A model generated the notes under the pieces. That model saw nothing but the letters and a program-made list of their open reading frames with translations, made no database searches and was not told the origin of the DNA. Positions 10,046-19,257 of a DNA stretch of 64,000 nt are shown one piece after another. The stretch covers positions 1,303,371 through 1,367,370 of the forward strand of contig OY282386.1 in the NCBI GenBank assembly GCA_958295945.1, written 5' to 3'. The stretch is from Candidatus Poribacteria bacterium. GTDB lineage: Bacteria; Poribacteria; WGA-4E; WGA-3G. Both the position numbers and the translations under genes were made by a program. Each line of letters begins with the position of its first letter. The stretch's first letter is position 1.

Positions 10046-10198
10046 ATTTTAACCTAAGTTGCTACTTACTGAATATTAATCATCAAATTACTTTGTCAAA
10101 CGAAGAAACAAGGAATTCTGCATATTTTAGTGCCACTTCTTATAAATCGGGGTTACAAACCCCTCCAACAAATGATAGGTGGCAACTTAGGTTATTTT
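10046..10198. repeat. MITE-like element bounded by 13-bp perfect inverted repeats (TAACCTAAGTTGC / GCAACTTAGGTTA). It carries a copy of the GGGGTTnnAAACCCCTCCAACAA motif
   Basis: Inverted repeats at 10050-10062 and 10182-10194. Lies in the promoter region of the SNF2 gene, downstream of the dehydratase gene. Confidence 0.4.
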
Positions 10199-10232
10199 AG
10201 TAAATCATACAAAATGAAATTTGTCAAGCAAT

Positions 10233-11435
10233 TTATTGGGTGTGTATGTAAGCATCCAACAAACCCTCATCAATATCCACACCAAAACCAGGAGCATCGT
10301 TGACTGTGAAAAAGCCATCACGAGGTGAGGGACGTAAAAGACGATACAACTCGTTTTCAACATCATTACGGGAGGGACCAAACGTCTCCGCCATACACGG
10401 CATCGGCAAGCAGGCAGTGAGATGCAATCCCCACGGTGTGCCTGCTTGATGAAGCCACGTTGGTATGTGCTGATCAGCAGCTTCGCGGGCAATACGCAAA
10501 CATTCTGTAAATCCGCCTGCCCAACTCACATCTGGCTGAATCATGTCGGCTGCCTTCCAGCGTAGTAGTTCACGGAAGCCGTATCGTGTGAATTCATGCT
10601 CACCTGAGACAATCCAGGTCGAATCGACCTCTTTCACTAACCGTGCCATGCCAGCATAATCGTCAAGCGGTATCGGTTCCTCAATCCATTTGAGATTGAG
10701 ATGGGTTGTTTCGTTAGCAAAACGTAAAGTGTAGTCCACATCCCAACGGAGATAGATGTCTGTCATGAGTTCCACATTGGAACCGATGGCATCACGTGCT
10801 GTGTGTATCATCTCAAGATTCTGCTTGAAGCCATCTTCGCCTTCAGCGAGACCGTTTCTCAGTGGGAGTTTGCAGGCAGTGAACCCGTTCTCAGCATAAT
10901 AACCAACATCTGCGCCTGTTGCATACGCAGGAATTTGAAGCAGCGGCGTCTCAGTGAAAAGGCTATAAACAGGTGCATCTAATATCTTTCCACAGAGGTC
11001 TACGAGGGCAAGTTCTATACCACTTAATGCATAGATGACAAGTCCACGCCGTCCATAAATTGAGGTGACGTGATACAGATGGTTCCAAATATCCTCTACA
11101 TCAAACGGGTCGCGACCGAGTACGAAGTGCTGCAGATGTTTGTCAATAATCATCGCACCTGCAAGTCCTCCTCCACCGAGTCCGTATCCTTTTAAGCCTT
11201 TATCAGTGGTAATCTCTACGATTAGCGCGCCTGCTTGTGTTGCGAAAGGTCCACGCCAATCGACGTGTGCATTTTTGGGAGTTGTTTGACTCGGTATTTC
11301 ACCTTTTGCAAAGCCGAGAGTTGGCATAGCACGCGGGTTTAGGTTGACGTTCCAAGTGCGGATGTCTGCTACTGAGTGCCGTTCTTTAGCACGTGTTTTC
11401 CATTTTGAACTGCGAGTTTTCTCGTTAGTCTCCAT
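10233..11435 (-). CDS. enolase-superfamily mandelate racemase / muconate-lactonizing-enzyme-family protein, probably an L-rhamnonate / sugar-acid dehydratase
   Basis: 400 aa with KWIEEP motif, a Gly-rich lid GYGLGGGG and overall resemblance to the RhmD-like subgroup. Weak GGGAAA RBS. Confidence 0.75.
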   Translation of the reverse strand: METNEKTRSSKWKTRAKERHSVADIRTWNVNLNPRAMPTLGFAKGEIPSQTTPKNAHVDWRGPFATQAGALIVEITTDKGLKGYGLGGGGLAGAMIIDKHLQHFVLGRDPFDVEDIWNHLYHVTSIYGRRGLVIYALSGIELALVDLCGKILDAPVYSLFTETPLLQIPAYATGADVGYYAENGFTACKLPLRNGLAEGEDGFKQNLEMIHTARDAIGSNVELMTDIYLRWDVDYTLRFANETTHLNLKWIEEPIPLDDYAGMARLVKEVDSTWIVSGEHEFTRYGFRELLRWKAADMIQPDVSWAGGFTECLRIAREAADQHIPTWLHQAGTPWGLHLTACLPMPCMAETFGPSRNDVENELYRLLRPSPRDGFFTVNDAPGFGVDIDEGLLDAYIHTQ

Positions 11436-11475
11436 AATTTCCCTTTATAGCTCGTACGATGGGTAATCCAGATAA

Positions 11476-13428
11476 TCAACGCGGTAGGGCATGATACCCA
11501 ATACCAGTAAAGAAACCGATCAACATCCAGATTGCTACCATAACATATTCACCGAAGATTAAGCCAAAAGCAATTGGACGAATCTTTCTATATGTCAAGG
11601 GACCGCCGAATTTCAGGGCAAAGTATTTTATACCCCAGCCAATCATAATGGAAGACCATAGATGGAACGAGGGATATGTCGCACCTAATAAGTAGCCAAT
11701 CGGATGGAGTGACCACCAGACGAAACTTTGACGCATCCAGAGCATAAAGCCAGTAAAACCTGCGCCAGCAATCATACTGTAGACTTCAAGCCAGTTCGTT
11801 TCAGAAGGGAATTGGATGAGTTTGTTCGTTCTATTGAAATATGCCCGTGGTGCATTTACAAAAGGCCAGCTCTGTAAGAACAGCGCGCCTTTATCATAAA
11901 CGAGTGTCAACGTGGCATAAACAGAAACCAGCACCGCAACAACGATAGAGATGGCAAGAATCGGTACGATGCGTCTACGGACTAGATTAACTTCATCGGC
12001 TGCCTTGAAACTGTGCAGGAAGTTTGGCATCATGAATTCACCCCAATCCCGCAGGAACGTCCGTTGGAAACTGAGAACAGCCAGGCTTTTTTGTCCCATC
12101 GCTCCAGAACCGACAGTAAAATTGATGTAGTCGGATGGGAAGAAAGGGGCTTGCACAAGGAGTAGACCACCATTTACCACCATCCATGATAACACAACAG
12201 ATGTGATGAAGATGGATAGTAAAACGACAAACGCAACCCACGTAGTTATGCCGGCAAACATAAAAAATCCAACGAGTGTGGCAAATCCAAGAAGAAAACC
12301 GATTAGTGCCAATCGATATGAGATAGGTTCATCAGAATCGTCAACCGTTCGACTTTCAGTTGTGGCACGTAAACCGAATGTTTTCCTGATAATAGATGCA
12401 ATATGTTCCCGTCCACCCCAGAAAACAGCGGGGACGAAGACAAGATACCCTCCCATGACCTGACGGCTACAACTTGCCCACGGTCCCAGTCCGAAACTGG
12501 TTGCGTTCATGATGATATATTGTAATTTGAAAAACAGGAAGAAGAACCACAGACTGAATGACACTTCAAGAGTAAGCAATGCAGCCACCCCGATCACAGA
12601 AAAATAGATGGCAATATTCATTGCTGGCCACATTCCAAGTGTATGCCACGGCTTTTCTGTAAAGGCGCGGTGAATGTTGTATAGCAAAGGTATTTCTGGG
12701 ACGTTTGGAAAATGTGCGTGCAGTCCGTTGAGAAAATGTATCATCACCGGAAATGCCATGCCTGCCCACAACAACTTGTTTTTGAAGAATGCGTTAAGCA
12801 GCGTGCCACGTTCAGGTTCCGCAGCGAGCTGCACTGGAATCTGGACTAAGGGGAATGAAAACCTTTCGCGTTCTATCCATTGTTTGCGTAGGATTGTGGC
12901 AAGGCAGATGGTTGTGAAATAGAAAACAAGAACAAATAAACCCCAGATAAGTAATGGCTGGATCCAAGGAGTCCATGGCACACCACCACCTGCTGAAAGT
13001 CCTTCATAGAAATCGGTAACTGCCTGTGAATCCGTGACTATTAACCATTCTGGTATGTGGGGTTGTAGTGTTTCTGCCCAATCGTTTTCTGGGGTTGTGA
13101 AATAACGCAGTGCTACAAGGCATGGCAACAAAAACTGGAGCAATCCCATTGATGGAATGCCGACCGCGACAATCAGCATCATCCAGATGACTGTCAGTTC
13201 CAACGCGGAGAAGGAAAAGCGACTGCTTCGTGTCAGTAGACGCAGTGGCAGATTGACAACGAAGACGAGTAGGAGCAACCCGAAAATAGACCCAACAGGT
13301 AGGTGATTGCCCGATATTTTTGAGTTTTCCAGAAAGTAGTTGTTGTAAGGGGTGATTGCACAGATTGCCCCGACTAAGAATAGTCCTACAAGGATGGCAG
13401 AGAATCGGATTTTGGGGCGGCGTGACAT
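11476..13428 (-). CDS. large polytopic integral membrane protein (650 aa), function unknown
   Basis: More than 12 hydrophobic segments. Same-strand operon between the sulfatase and the dehydratase. Confidence 0.6.
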   Translation of the reverse strand: MSRRPKIRFSAILVGLFLVGAICAITPYNNYFLENSKISGNHLPVGSIFGLLLLVFVVNLPLRLLTRSSRFSFSALELTVIWMMLIVAVGIPSMGLLQFLLPCLVALRYFTTPENDWAETLQPHIPEWLIVTDSQAVTDFYEGLSAGGGVPWTPWIQPLLIWGLFVLVFYFTTICLATILRKQWIERERFSFPLVQIPVQLAAEPERGTLLNAFFKNKLLWAGMAFPVMIHFLNGLHAHFPNVPEIPLLYNIHRAFTEKPWHTLGMWPAMNIAIYFSVIGVAALLTLEVSFSLWFFFLFFKLQYIIMNATSFGLGPWASCSRQVMGGYLVFVPAVFWGGREHIASIIRKTFGLRATTESRTVDDSDEPISYRLALIGFLLGFATLVGFFMFAGITTWVAFVVLLSIFITSVVLSWMVVNGGLLLVQAPFFPSDYINFTVGSGAMGQKSLAVLSFQRTFLRDWGEFMMPNFLHSFKAADEVNLVRRRIVPILAISIVVAVLVSVYATLTLVYDKGALFLQSWPFVNAPRAYFNRTNKLIQFPSETNWLEVYSMIAGAGFTGFMLWMRQSFVWWSLHPIGYLLGATYPSFHLWSSIMIGWGIKYFALKFGGPLTYRKIRPIAFGLIFGEYVMVAIWMLIGFFTGIGYHALPR

Positions 13429-13565
13429 TTTGGTTTTCTCTGTTTTAGGCGACCTTGGGACTAAGAAACATTTGTAAACTCACGATTCGGAGATCACTCC
13501 TACAAAAGATGGATTTCCTTAGTAGGAGGAACTCCGATTCCCGATTATTCTTCCAGTTTCCTATC

Positions 13566-15026
13566 TTAATCTCCTTCAGATTGATCGCGAAGGACAGGAC
13601 TATACAGGCAGAGTTCAGCGTCTACGATTCTGCCATCGGGTAAGGTATAAGCGTTTGGTGTGCCTCTCCCCCAAGGTGCTTGCCAATCTTTGCTGCGCTC
13701 TTTATCTAAATCTTTCTGTTTTTCAACTTCTTCCCATTCAAATCCACCCATGAGTTGTTCATGTAAGGATGCTTCCAATTCACTGAGTTCAGGTTTTCCA
13801 GTCAGATTTTCAAATTCATCGGGGTCGTTTTCCAAATCAAACAAGATGGACTCATCTTCGGGAAAAGCGACATATTTGTATTGAGGTGTTCTTAACATCC
13901 TCATTGGCCCGGTAGTTTGGGGTGCCCAATATTCGCTGATGGCGGTGTTTCGCCACCCATCCGCATTTCCGGACATCAGATTTGACAGGTCTGAACCGTC
14001 TAAACCGTTGGGGATAGGTATGTCTGCCCTTACACATAAAGTTGGGAATAGATCATTTAATTCAACAGGTGCGTTGACCCATCTGCCGTGTGTATCTGCT
14101 GATCGTGTATCGTGGATGATGAGTGGCACGCGTGCTGCTGCCTCGTAATAACTGGATTTCCACCATTGTCCATGCTCACCCGCCATCTCACCGTGGTCGG
14201 TGGTGTAAACAATGATTGTATTTTCTAAGAAACCGTCACGTTCCAAGATAGTCAGTAAATCACCGACACATTCATCAAGAAATTCACAGCAGGCATAATA
14301 AGCAGCACGTGCCTTTCGTGTTTCTTCCTCATCAATAGCTGCAGTATTGAAGTTCTTTCGTAGTCCTTCCGCAAAGCGATGTGTCTGTTCCAAATGTCCT
14401 GGCGGGATGTTTGGCATGTCTATATTGTCAGGATAGTATTTGTCAAGAAGTCTTTTTGGAGCAGTCAACGGGAAGTGTGGACGACTGTAACTTGCAAGTA
14501 AAAACCACGGTTGGTCCGCAGGTTGTGACCGAATATATTCAATTGTTTCTTCATTGACCACCCGTTCTTGAAGAAGGCTTGTTGGGATATCGGTGACACC
14601 AGCATCCTTTGTGCGATTTTGGTTTCCACTCAGTGGGTCGCGTTGATGTCCTGCATTTCCACGCAGATCCCCATAAGGACGTGATTGGAAACCGTTATTT
14701 TGTTCTTTTCCACCGAAGTGCATTTTACCGACGAGTGCTGTAGAATAACCGTGTTCTGCGAAATGTGCAGGCATTGTTAGATGTTCGGGGAACAAGATTG
14801 AACCGTTATTCCAAGCAGAGCATCGGTGTGCGTATTTTCCTGTGAGCATGCACATACGTGAAGGTGTACAGAGCGGGAATTGGCAGTATGCGGCATCAAA
14901 GTAGTTGCCTGCTGCTGCAAGGCGATCAAGGTGTGGTGTTTGTACTATCTCATTGCCTTCACACCCGATGGCGTGTGGACTGTGTTCATCACTTTGAAGA
15001 AATAGAATATTCGGTTTTTGAGCCAT
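13566..15026 (-). CDS. sulfatase (arylsulfatase / choline-sulfatase family)
   Basis: Sulfatase signature CTPSRMCMLTGKY and N-terminal ILFLQSDEH. I moved the start to the ATG at 15024-15026 (MAQKPN), which has AAGGAGAT 9 nt upstream. The track start at 15137 is an unsupported extension. Confidence 0.85.
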   Translation of the reverse strand: MAQKPNILFLQSDEHSPHAIGCEGNEIVQTPHLDRLAAAGNYFDAAYCQFPLCTPSRMCMLTGKYAHRCSAWNNGSILFPEHLTMPAHFAEHGYSTALVGKMHFGGKEQNNGFQSRPYGDLRGNAGHQRDPLSGNQNRTKDAGVTDIPTSLLQERVVNEETIEYIRSQPADQPWFLLASYSRPHFPLTAPKRLLDKYYPDNIDMPNIPPGHLEQTHRFAEGLRKNFNTAAIDEEETRKARAAYYACCEFLDECVGDLLTILERDGFLENTIIVYTTDHGEMAGEHGQWWKSSYYEAAARVPLIIHDTRSADTHGRWVNAPVELNDLFPTLCVRADIPIPNGLDGSDLSNLMSGNADGWRNTAISEYWAPQTTGPMRMLRTPQYKYVAFPEDESILFDLENDPDEFENLTGKPELSELEASLHEQLMGGFEWEEVEKQKDLDKERSKDWQAPWGRGTPNAYTLPDGRIVDAELCLYSPVLRDQSEGD

Positions 15027-15051
15027 ACTGTGGTTATCTCCTTGCTTATTT

Positions 15052-15318
15052 TTAATTTGTGTTTGTAACTGGTAGTTCACCATGCATGTGAAAATCGACA
15101 CTGAACGGTAACGCGATGTGCGATTCTTTATTAGCAAAGTGTTGTGAAAAATCTATGAGTGTGAAACCGACAAGTTGTTTCGTGTCAGGGTGAAAACGTA
15201 GAATTATATCGTCTGCGTATTCAACGTAGTCAGTATATTCGGGTTTGCCTCGTGTTACATAAAGCACGTCCGCATCTTGATCATATACAATTTTGAGTTC
15301 ATCCATTACGTTTTTCAT
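15052..15318 (-). CDS. DUF2283-family small protein (antitoxin-like)
   Basis: KIVYDQDADVLYV ... DDIILRFHPDTKQLVGFTLIDFS matches the DUF2283 pattern. Start moved to ATG 15316-15318 (MKNVMDE) with GGAA upstream. The track start is inside the IS. Confidence 0.6.
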   Translation of the reverse strand: MKNVMDELKIVYDQDADVLYVTRGKPEYTDYVEYADDIILRFHPDTKQLVGFTLIDFSQHFANKESHIALPFSVDFHMHGELPVTNTN

Positions 15319-15329
15319 GTTTAGTTCCT

Positions 15330-16700
15330 TTTTCTTATTGGATATGCGGTTATACTGACATACTCCCCCAGCTAAAGCAGTGGGGTTCTTAGTTCTTATA
15401 TTGGTAACACTTGTTGTTTCCAAACGACTTTTCCTGCTTCCGTCTCTCGTGCCCTTTCCTGAACGGTGTTAGGTCTTATTTGGACTCCACAGGCGTTTTG
15501 TGTCTCAGTCTGCCCGACCACGACATTTCTAAGGTTTATTGCAGCATTGACATCTCTATCTATAGAAATATCGCATTGACTGCAATGATATGTTCTTTCT
15601 GAAAGTGTTAAGTCTTTTTTCTTATGTCCACAACTGGAACAGGTTTTAGAGGATGCAAAGAACACATCTGCTTCTGTTATAGGAATGCCACGTGCTTCTG
15701 CTTTTGCCTTGAGTTTCTCTAAAAACCCACCTAATGCTGAATCTGACAATGCTTTTGCCAGCTTTTTATTCTTTAGCATATTGGTAACCTTTAGGGTCTC
15801 AGTCCCTATAGCAGATGCACGGTTGACAATATCCGTCGTTGCTTTGTGGTGTGCATCGTTTCGGAGACAAGCGATTCGGTAATGCAGTCTTGCCACCCTA
15901 TCTTTCTGCTTAAACCAGTTTTTTGACTTATGCACTTTTCTGTTCAATGCACGGCTGAACCGTTTGAGTTTTTTCTCATAGCGTTTGAGGGGTCTCGGAT
16001 TATTATATTTGATGCCATCGGAACAGGTTGCCAATGTGTTTATCCCCACATCAAGGTTTCCAATCACAGGGTGCGTTGAGTTATCAACGACTTCGGTGTC
16101 CTCTGTGTCCACAGTGATAGAGACAAACCATCGGTGTGCTATTCTTGAGACTGTCACCTTCATAATCTTCCCGACAAAACGCAATGATTCAAACATCTTG
16201 ACCCACCCTATCTTAGGAAGTTTGATATGTGGACCTTTAACTTCCACAAACTGATTGTTTGTCGTGAATGCATCCTTTTTGCCACGCTTTTTAAATCTTG
16301 GAAATCTCGCACGCTTGCCAACCCAATTCGCAATCGCAGCGGACAAGTTGCCAAATATGCTTTTATTCGGGACAACTTGATCCATATCTTTTGTCCAAGC
16401 ATGTTCTTTCTTAGCGACATTAAATCGCTTGTTTAATGCTGTGGCAGATAGAAAGTTATCTTTAGCTAACTCTGCTCTAAAATCTGATAATGCGTGATTA
16501 TGTGCCAACCGTGCATAACCACATTGCTGGGCGAACCAAGTCCGTTGCTTATTGTTCGGATCCAATGCAATTTTATGTGTTTTTAACATGACATTCCCGT
16601 CCCCTGTGAAGATTCCATATCCCATCGTTAGGGTGTGGCAGATGCCTAACGACATCCGCCGCTGAACTGGTTTAAATAGGGGACCATGTTTTTTTCATAA
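15330..16700 (-). mobile_element. IS200/IS605-family insertion sequence carrying only tnpB (IS1341-like). Boundaries are approximate
   Basis: TnpB ORF plus a subterminal left-end hairpin CGTTAGGgtgtggcagatgCCTAACG at 16626-16651. GC-rich hairpin directly after the tnpB stop, the expected right-end / omega-RNA region. No tnpA. Confidence 0.55.
15396..16589 (-). CDS. tnpB: TnpB (IS605 OrfB-family RNA-guided endonuclease / transposase accessory protein)
   Basis: Typical N-terminus MLKTHKIALDPNNKQ. RuvC-I DVGINTLATCSDG. Zinc finger CSSCGHKKKDLTLSERTYHCSQCDISIDRDVNAAINL. Start moved to ATG 16587-16589. Confidence 0.85.
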   Translation of the reverse strand: MLKTHKIALDPNNKQRTWFAQQCGYARLAHNHALSDFRAELAKDNFLSATALNKRFNVAKKEHAWTKDMDQVVPNKSIFGNLSAAIANWVGKRARFPRFKKRGKKDAFTTNNQFVEVKGPHIKLPKIGWVKMFESLRFVGKIMKVTVSRIAHRWFVSITVDTEDTEVVDNSTHPVIGNLDVGINTLATCSDGIKYNNPRPLKRYEKKLKRFSRALNRKVHKSKNWFKQKDRVARLHYRIACLRNDAHHKATTDIVNRASAIGTETLKVTNMLKNKKLAKALSDSALGGFLEKLKAKAEARGIPITEADVFFASSKTCSSCGHKKKDLTLSERTYHCSQCDISIDRDVNAAINLRNVVVGQTETQNACGVQIRPNTVQERARETEAGKVVWKQQVLPI

Positions 16701-16701
16701 G

Positions 16702-17013
16702 TCAAGTTTTTTGGCGGTGTTTCATCCCAAACCTAAAGGATTGGGTTTTCACACCGCAACGTTTGATAAAGTTGTTATGAATCAACTTAACAATAACAAC
16801 AATTCGAGTGTAATTGTAAGGAAGATTCTCAAAATCTTTATAATATGTGTATTTAAATGGATCCATCGGTGCCTGCTTTCGTCTACCAGTCCGGACGGTC
16901 AAAAGTATCTCATTGAGATGATTTCTCAATTCCCAATGATTTTCAAGGATATGTTGCCATCTCTCATCTGTTAACTCAATTTGATTTCCCCATTTATCTA
17001 TAACGTGCCACAT
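16702..17013 (-). CDS. small hypothetical protein, possibly the toxin-like partner of the DUF2283 gene. Its C-terminus may be altered by the IS insertion
   Basis: 103-aa ORF whose stop abuts the left end of the IS. Without the IS it would sit immediately upstream of the DUF2283 gene. Confidence 0.4.
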   Translation of the reverse strand: MWHVIDKWGNQIELTDERWQHILENHWELRNHLNEILLTVRTGRRKQAPMDPFKYTYYKDFENLPYNYTRIVVIVKLIHNNFIKRCGVKTQSFRFGMKHRQKT

Positions 17014-17228
17014 AAAATTTTCTCTAACTTCTGTTAGTTTACATTAATTCTCAAGGAAATTCAAGCATGATCAAGGGTATATGGTGTGTAAAGGTCCTTG
17101 CAATAACCATATTGTTTGCTTGTTTGAAGACTTTGTCTGTCCAATAAATCGGGGTTGGAAACCCTCCAACAAGAGATGAAGTGCTTAATTGTGCCTACTG
17201 TTCAATGTAATCCAAGTATCTCTCTATC

Positions 17229-19238
17229 TCAATGTGGGGGAGTGGCTTTTTGCTTACCAACCCCCAACTGAATTGCGGGGAGGACGGTGTTTGAGATGTT
17301 TGCGGAATAATCAAAGATAGTCCAACCGGATGCGCCTAAGAAACGAGCGAGATGTATCTGACCAACCACTGCATCTGAGGTTAGGAGTGAATTGGATGCT
17401 GTTGCTCCGATACCAGGATAGATCGCTACATCTTTTGGCATGCGTGCAAGTTGGTTTTCTAATAGGTCAGTGAAATACTTGGCGTCTTCGGTATAGTTCA
17501 TCGGACAAACGAAGTCTACATATCCCGCTTTTGCCCACGCGATCCAATCCTGTCCAATGGAGGTGACGCATGAAGGATAACCACCAAAGACAGCAGTGGA
17601 TATTTTGATGTCAGGTTTTATAGCCTTCGCTCTTTTGTGGATTAAACGGACTAAACGGGTAATCTGTTGTGCACGCCAGTCAATATAGGCTTGACCATGT
17701 TCACCCGATTTTGGCAAAACGGATGCGGGGAAGTCCTTGATGACTTGTCTTGTGGCGAGTGTAAATCTTTTTTTACATTCTTGGCAGAAGCAGGCACGGC
17801 TGCCCGGATAGCGGATATAGTCCAGATGGATACCATCAACATCGTAGTTCCGTACGATTTCCATGATAGCGTTTAGTTCTAACTTGACATTTTCTGGATG
17901 TGATGGACAAAGCCAGTTGATCGTTTCGCCTTTATCAGATACTTGCGTGCGTCTTTCCTTCTGCATTTTCTCCACAAATTCCTTCGGCGCACCTTCCAAA
18001 TTCCATGTTATTTTCCATACGTGAACTTCCATATTGTGTTTGTGTGCTGCCTCAACGCACTGCGCGATTTGATCGCCGTATTGCTTAAACTTATTGCTCT
18101 GTGGCAATACACTGCTGTTGTAATGTGCTACGCCTGCCCAGGCCATATTTGGGAGAATCATGTTGATGCCTGCAGTGGCTAATTCTTTAATGGAACGTTC
18201 CCAATCCCCTGGATATGCCCCGAGACCAGAGTGATTCCACAACCCACGTCCTTCTGTTTCATCGCTGAATTGGGATAGGTAATATGCTTTTGCAAGTGCA
18301 TCATGACTTTTGCGTGCTGCTGTCATAGATGCGTGATATTCTTTTTGCGCGTATTTAGTCCGGGCTTGTGTTGTCAATGTTTTTCCTGATTGTAATGCCT
18401 CTCTTGCTTCAGAAACTTCACCGAACGCTACAAATTTGGTTAAGTGATTTAGGTTGTTGATATGTCCAACAGTGGTCATTCCATCCAATTCGCGCTTTGC
18501 GATTGCATGCTGGAATTCTGGCACAAGATGACCGATAAGTGCCGCAAGGAGTTGTGTTTTTGTTTGGATATCGTCTGGTAGAAATACATGACTGAAAAAC
18601 GCACCTTTTTCGTTAAGAAAGAGAGCGGGATGGCCTGCCGGTTGTCCATCTTTGTTGTGCCAATGTCCGATGATTTTTGTTTGTGGATTTGTTGGTTCTG
18701 CTACTGTGATATTCCACGAAGTCTGTCGCACAGATTTTGGAATTCCCAATACTTCTGGTGCATCAATTTGAACAGATGTAAACTGTCCTGGAGGGTCTGC
18801 ACGCAACCATTTTATACTGCGTAGATTCATAAGTTGTGCAACTTCATCTGCAAGATTATATGTTACAAATAGTTTGCCACCGCGTTGGACAAAGTTTTTT
18901 AGAAGATTGGCTGTTTCAGGTCTGATTTTGGGGTTCAAGGGAAGGATTATCAACCGATATGGATTGGCAGATGTCTCTTTTAGACGCGAGTCGTTGGCAG
19001 CTGTTGCCTCATCCATTTGGACTGCGGAAAAACCGAAATTACTGAGCATACGTACGAACCGTTTGCTGACTGTTCGGGCATAGTTAACATCACCTTCTGG
19101 GACACCAGATGCTGTTGATGGTAGCAAGATGGCGATATCCGATTGTTGTGCGACTGCATCGGTTGATGCACCTGACCAACATAATAAGAAGAAGATTAGA
19201 AAGAGCGTAATACGCAGGGAAAAATTGTTGGAATTCAT
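17229..19238 (-). CDS. secreted glycoside-hydrolase-like family 10 (GHL10 / DUF187, YngK-like) protein
   Basis: N-terminal signal peptide. YIRYPGSRACFCQECKKRF Cys motif and TIM-barrel-like composition typical of PF02638. Weak RBS. Confidence 0.55.
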   Translation of the reverse strand: MNSNNFSLRITLFLIFFLLCWSGASTDAVAQQSDIAILLPSTASGVPEGDVNYARTVSKRFVRMLSNFGFSAVQMDEATAANDSRLKETSANPYRLIILPLNPKIRPETANLLKNFVQRGGKLFVTYNLADEVAQLMNLRSIKWLRADPPGQFTSVQIDAPEVLGIPKSVRQTSWNITVAEPTNPQTKIIGHWHNKDGQPAGHPALFLNEKGAFFSHVFLPDDIQTKTQLLAALIGHLVPEFQHAIAKRELDGMTTVGHINNLNHLTKFVAFGEVSEAREALQSGKTLTTQARTKYAQKEYHASMTAARKSHDALAKAYYLSQFSDETEGRGLWNHSGLGAYPGDWERSIKELATAGINMILPNMAWAGVAHYNSSVLPQSNKFKQYGDQIAQCVEAAHKHNMEVHVWKITWNLEGAPKEFVEKMQKERRTQVSDKGETINWLCPSHPENVKLELNAIMEIVRNYDVDGIHLDYIRYPGSRACFCQECKKRFTLATRQVIKDFPASVLPKSGEHGQAYIDWRAQQITRLVRLIHKRAKAIKPDIKISTAVFGGYPSCVTSIGQDWIAWAKAGYVDFVCPMNYTEDAKYFTDLLENQLARMPKDVAIYPGIGATASNSLLTSDAVVGQIHLARFLGASGWTIFDYSANISNTVLPAIQLGVGKQKATPPH

Positions 19239-19257
19239 AATCAGTATCAGGAACGGG

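Noticed and set aside
13566-16655. Track N-terminal extensions of the sulfatase (15137), DUF2283 (15423), TnpB (16655) and IS1 transposase (40003) genes
   Set aside because: Internal ATG codons with proper Shine-Dalgarno sequences match the family-typical N-termini. The extensions run into neighbouring genes or IS ends
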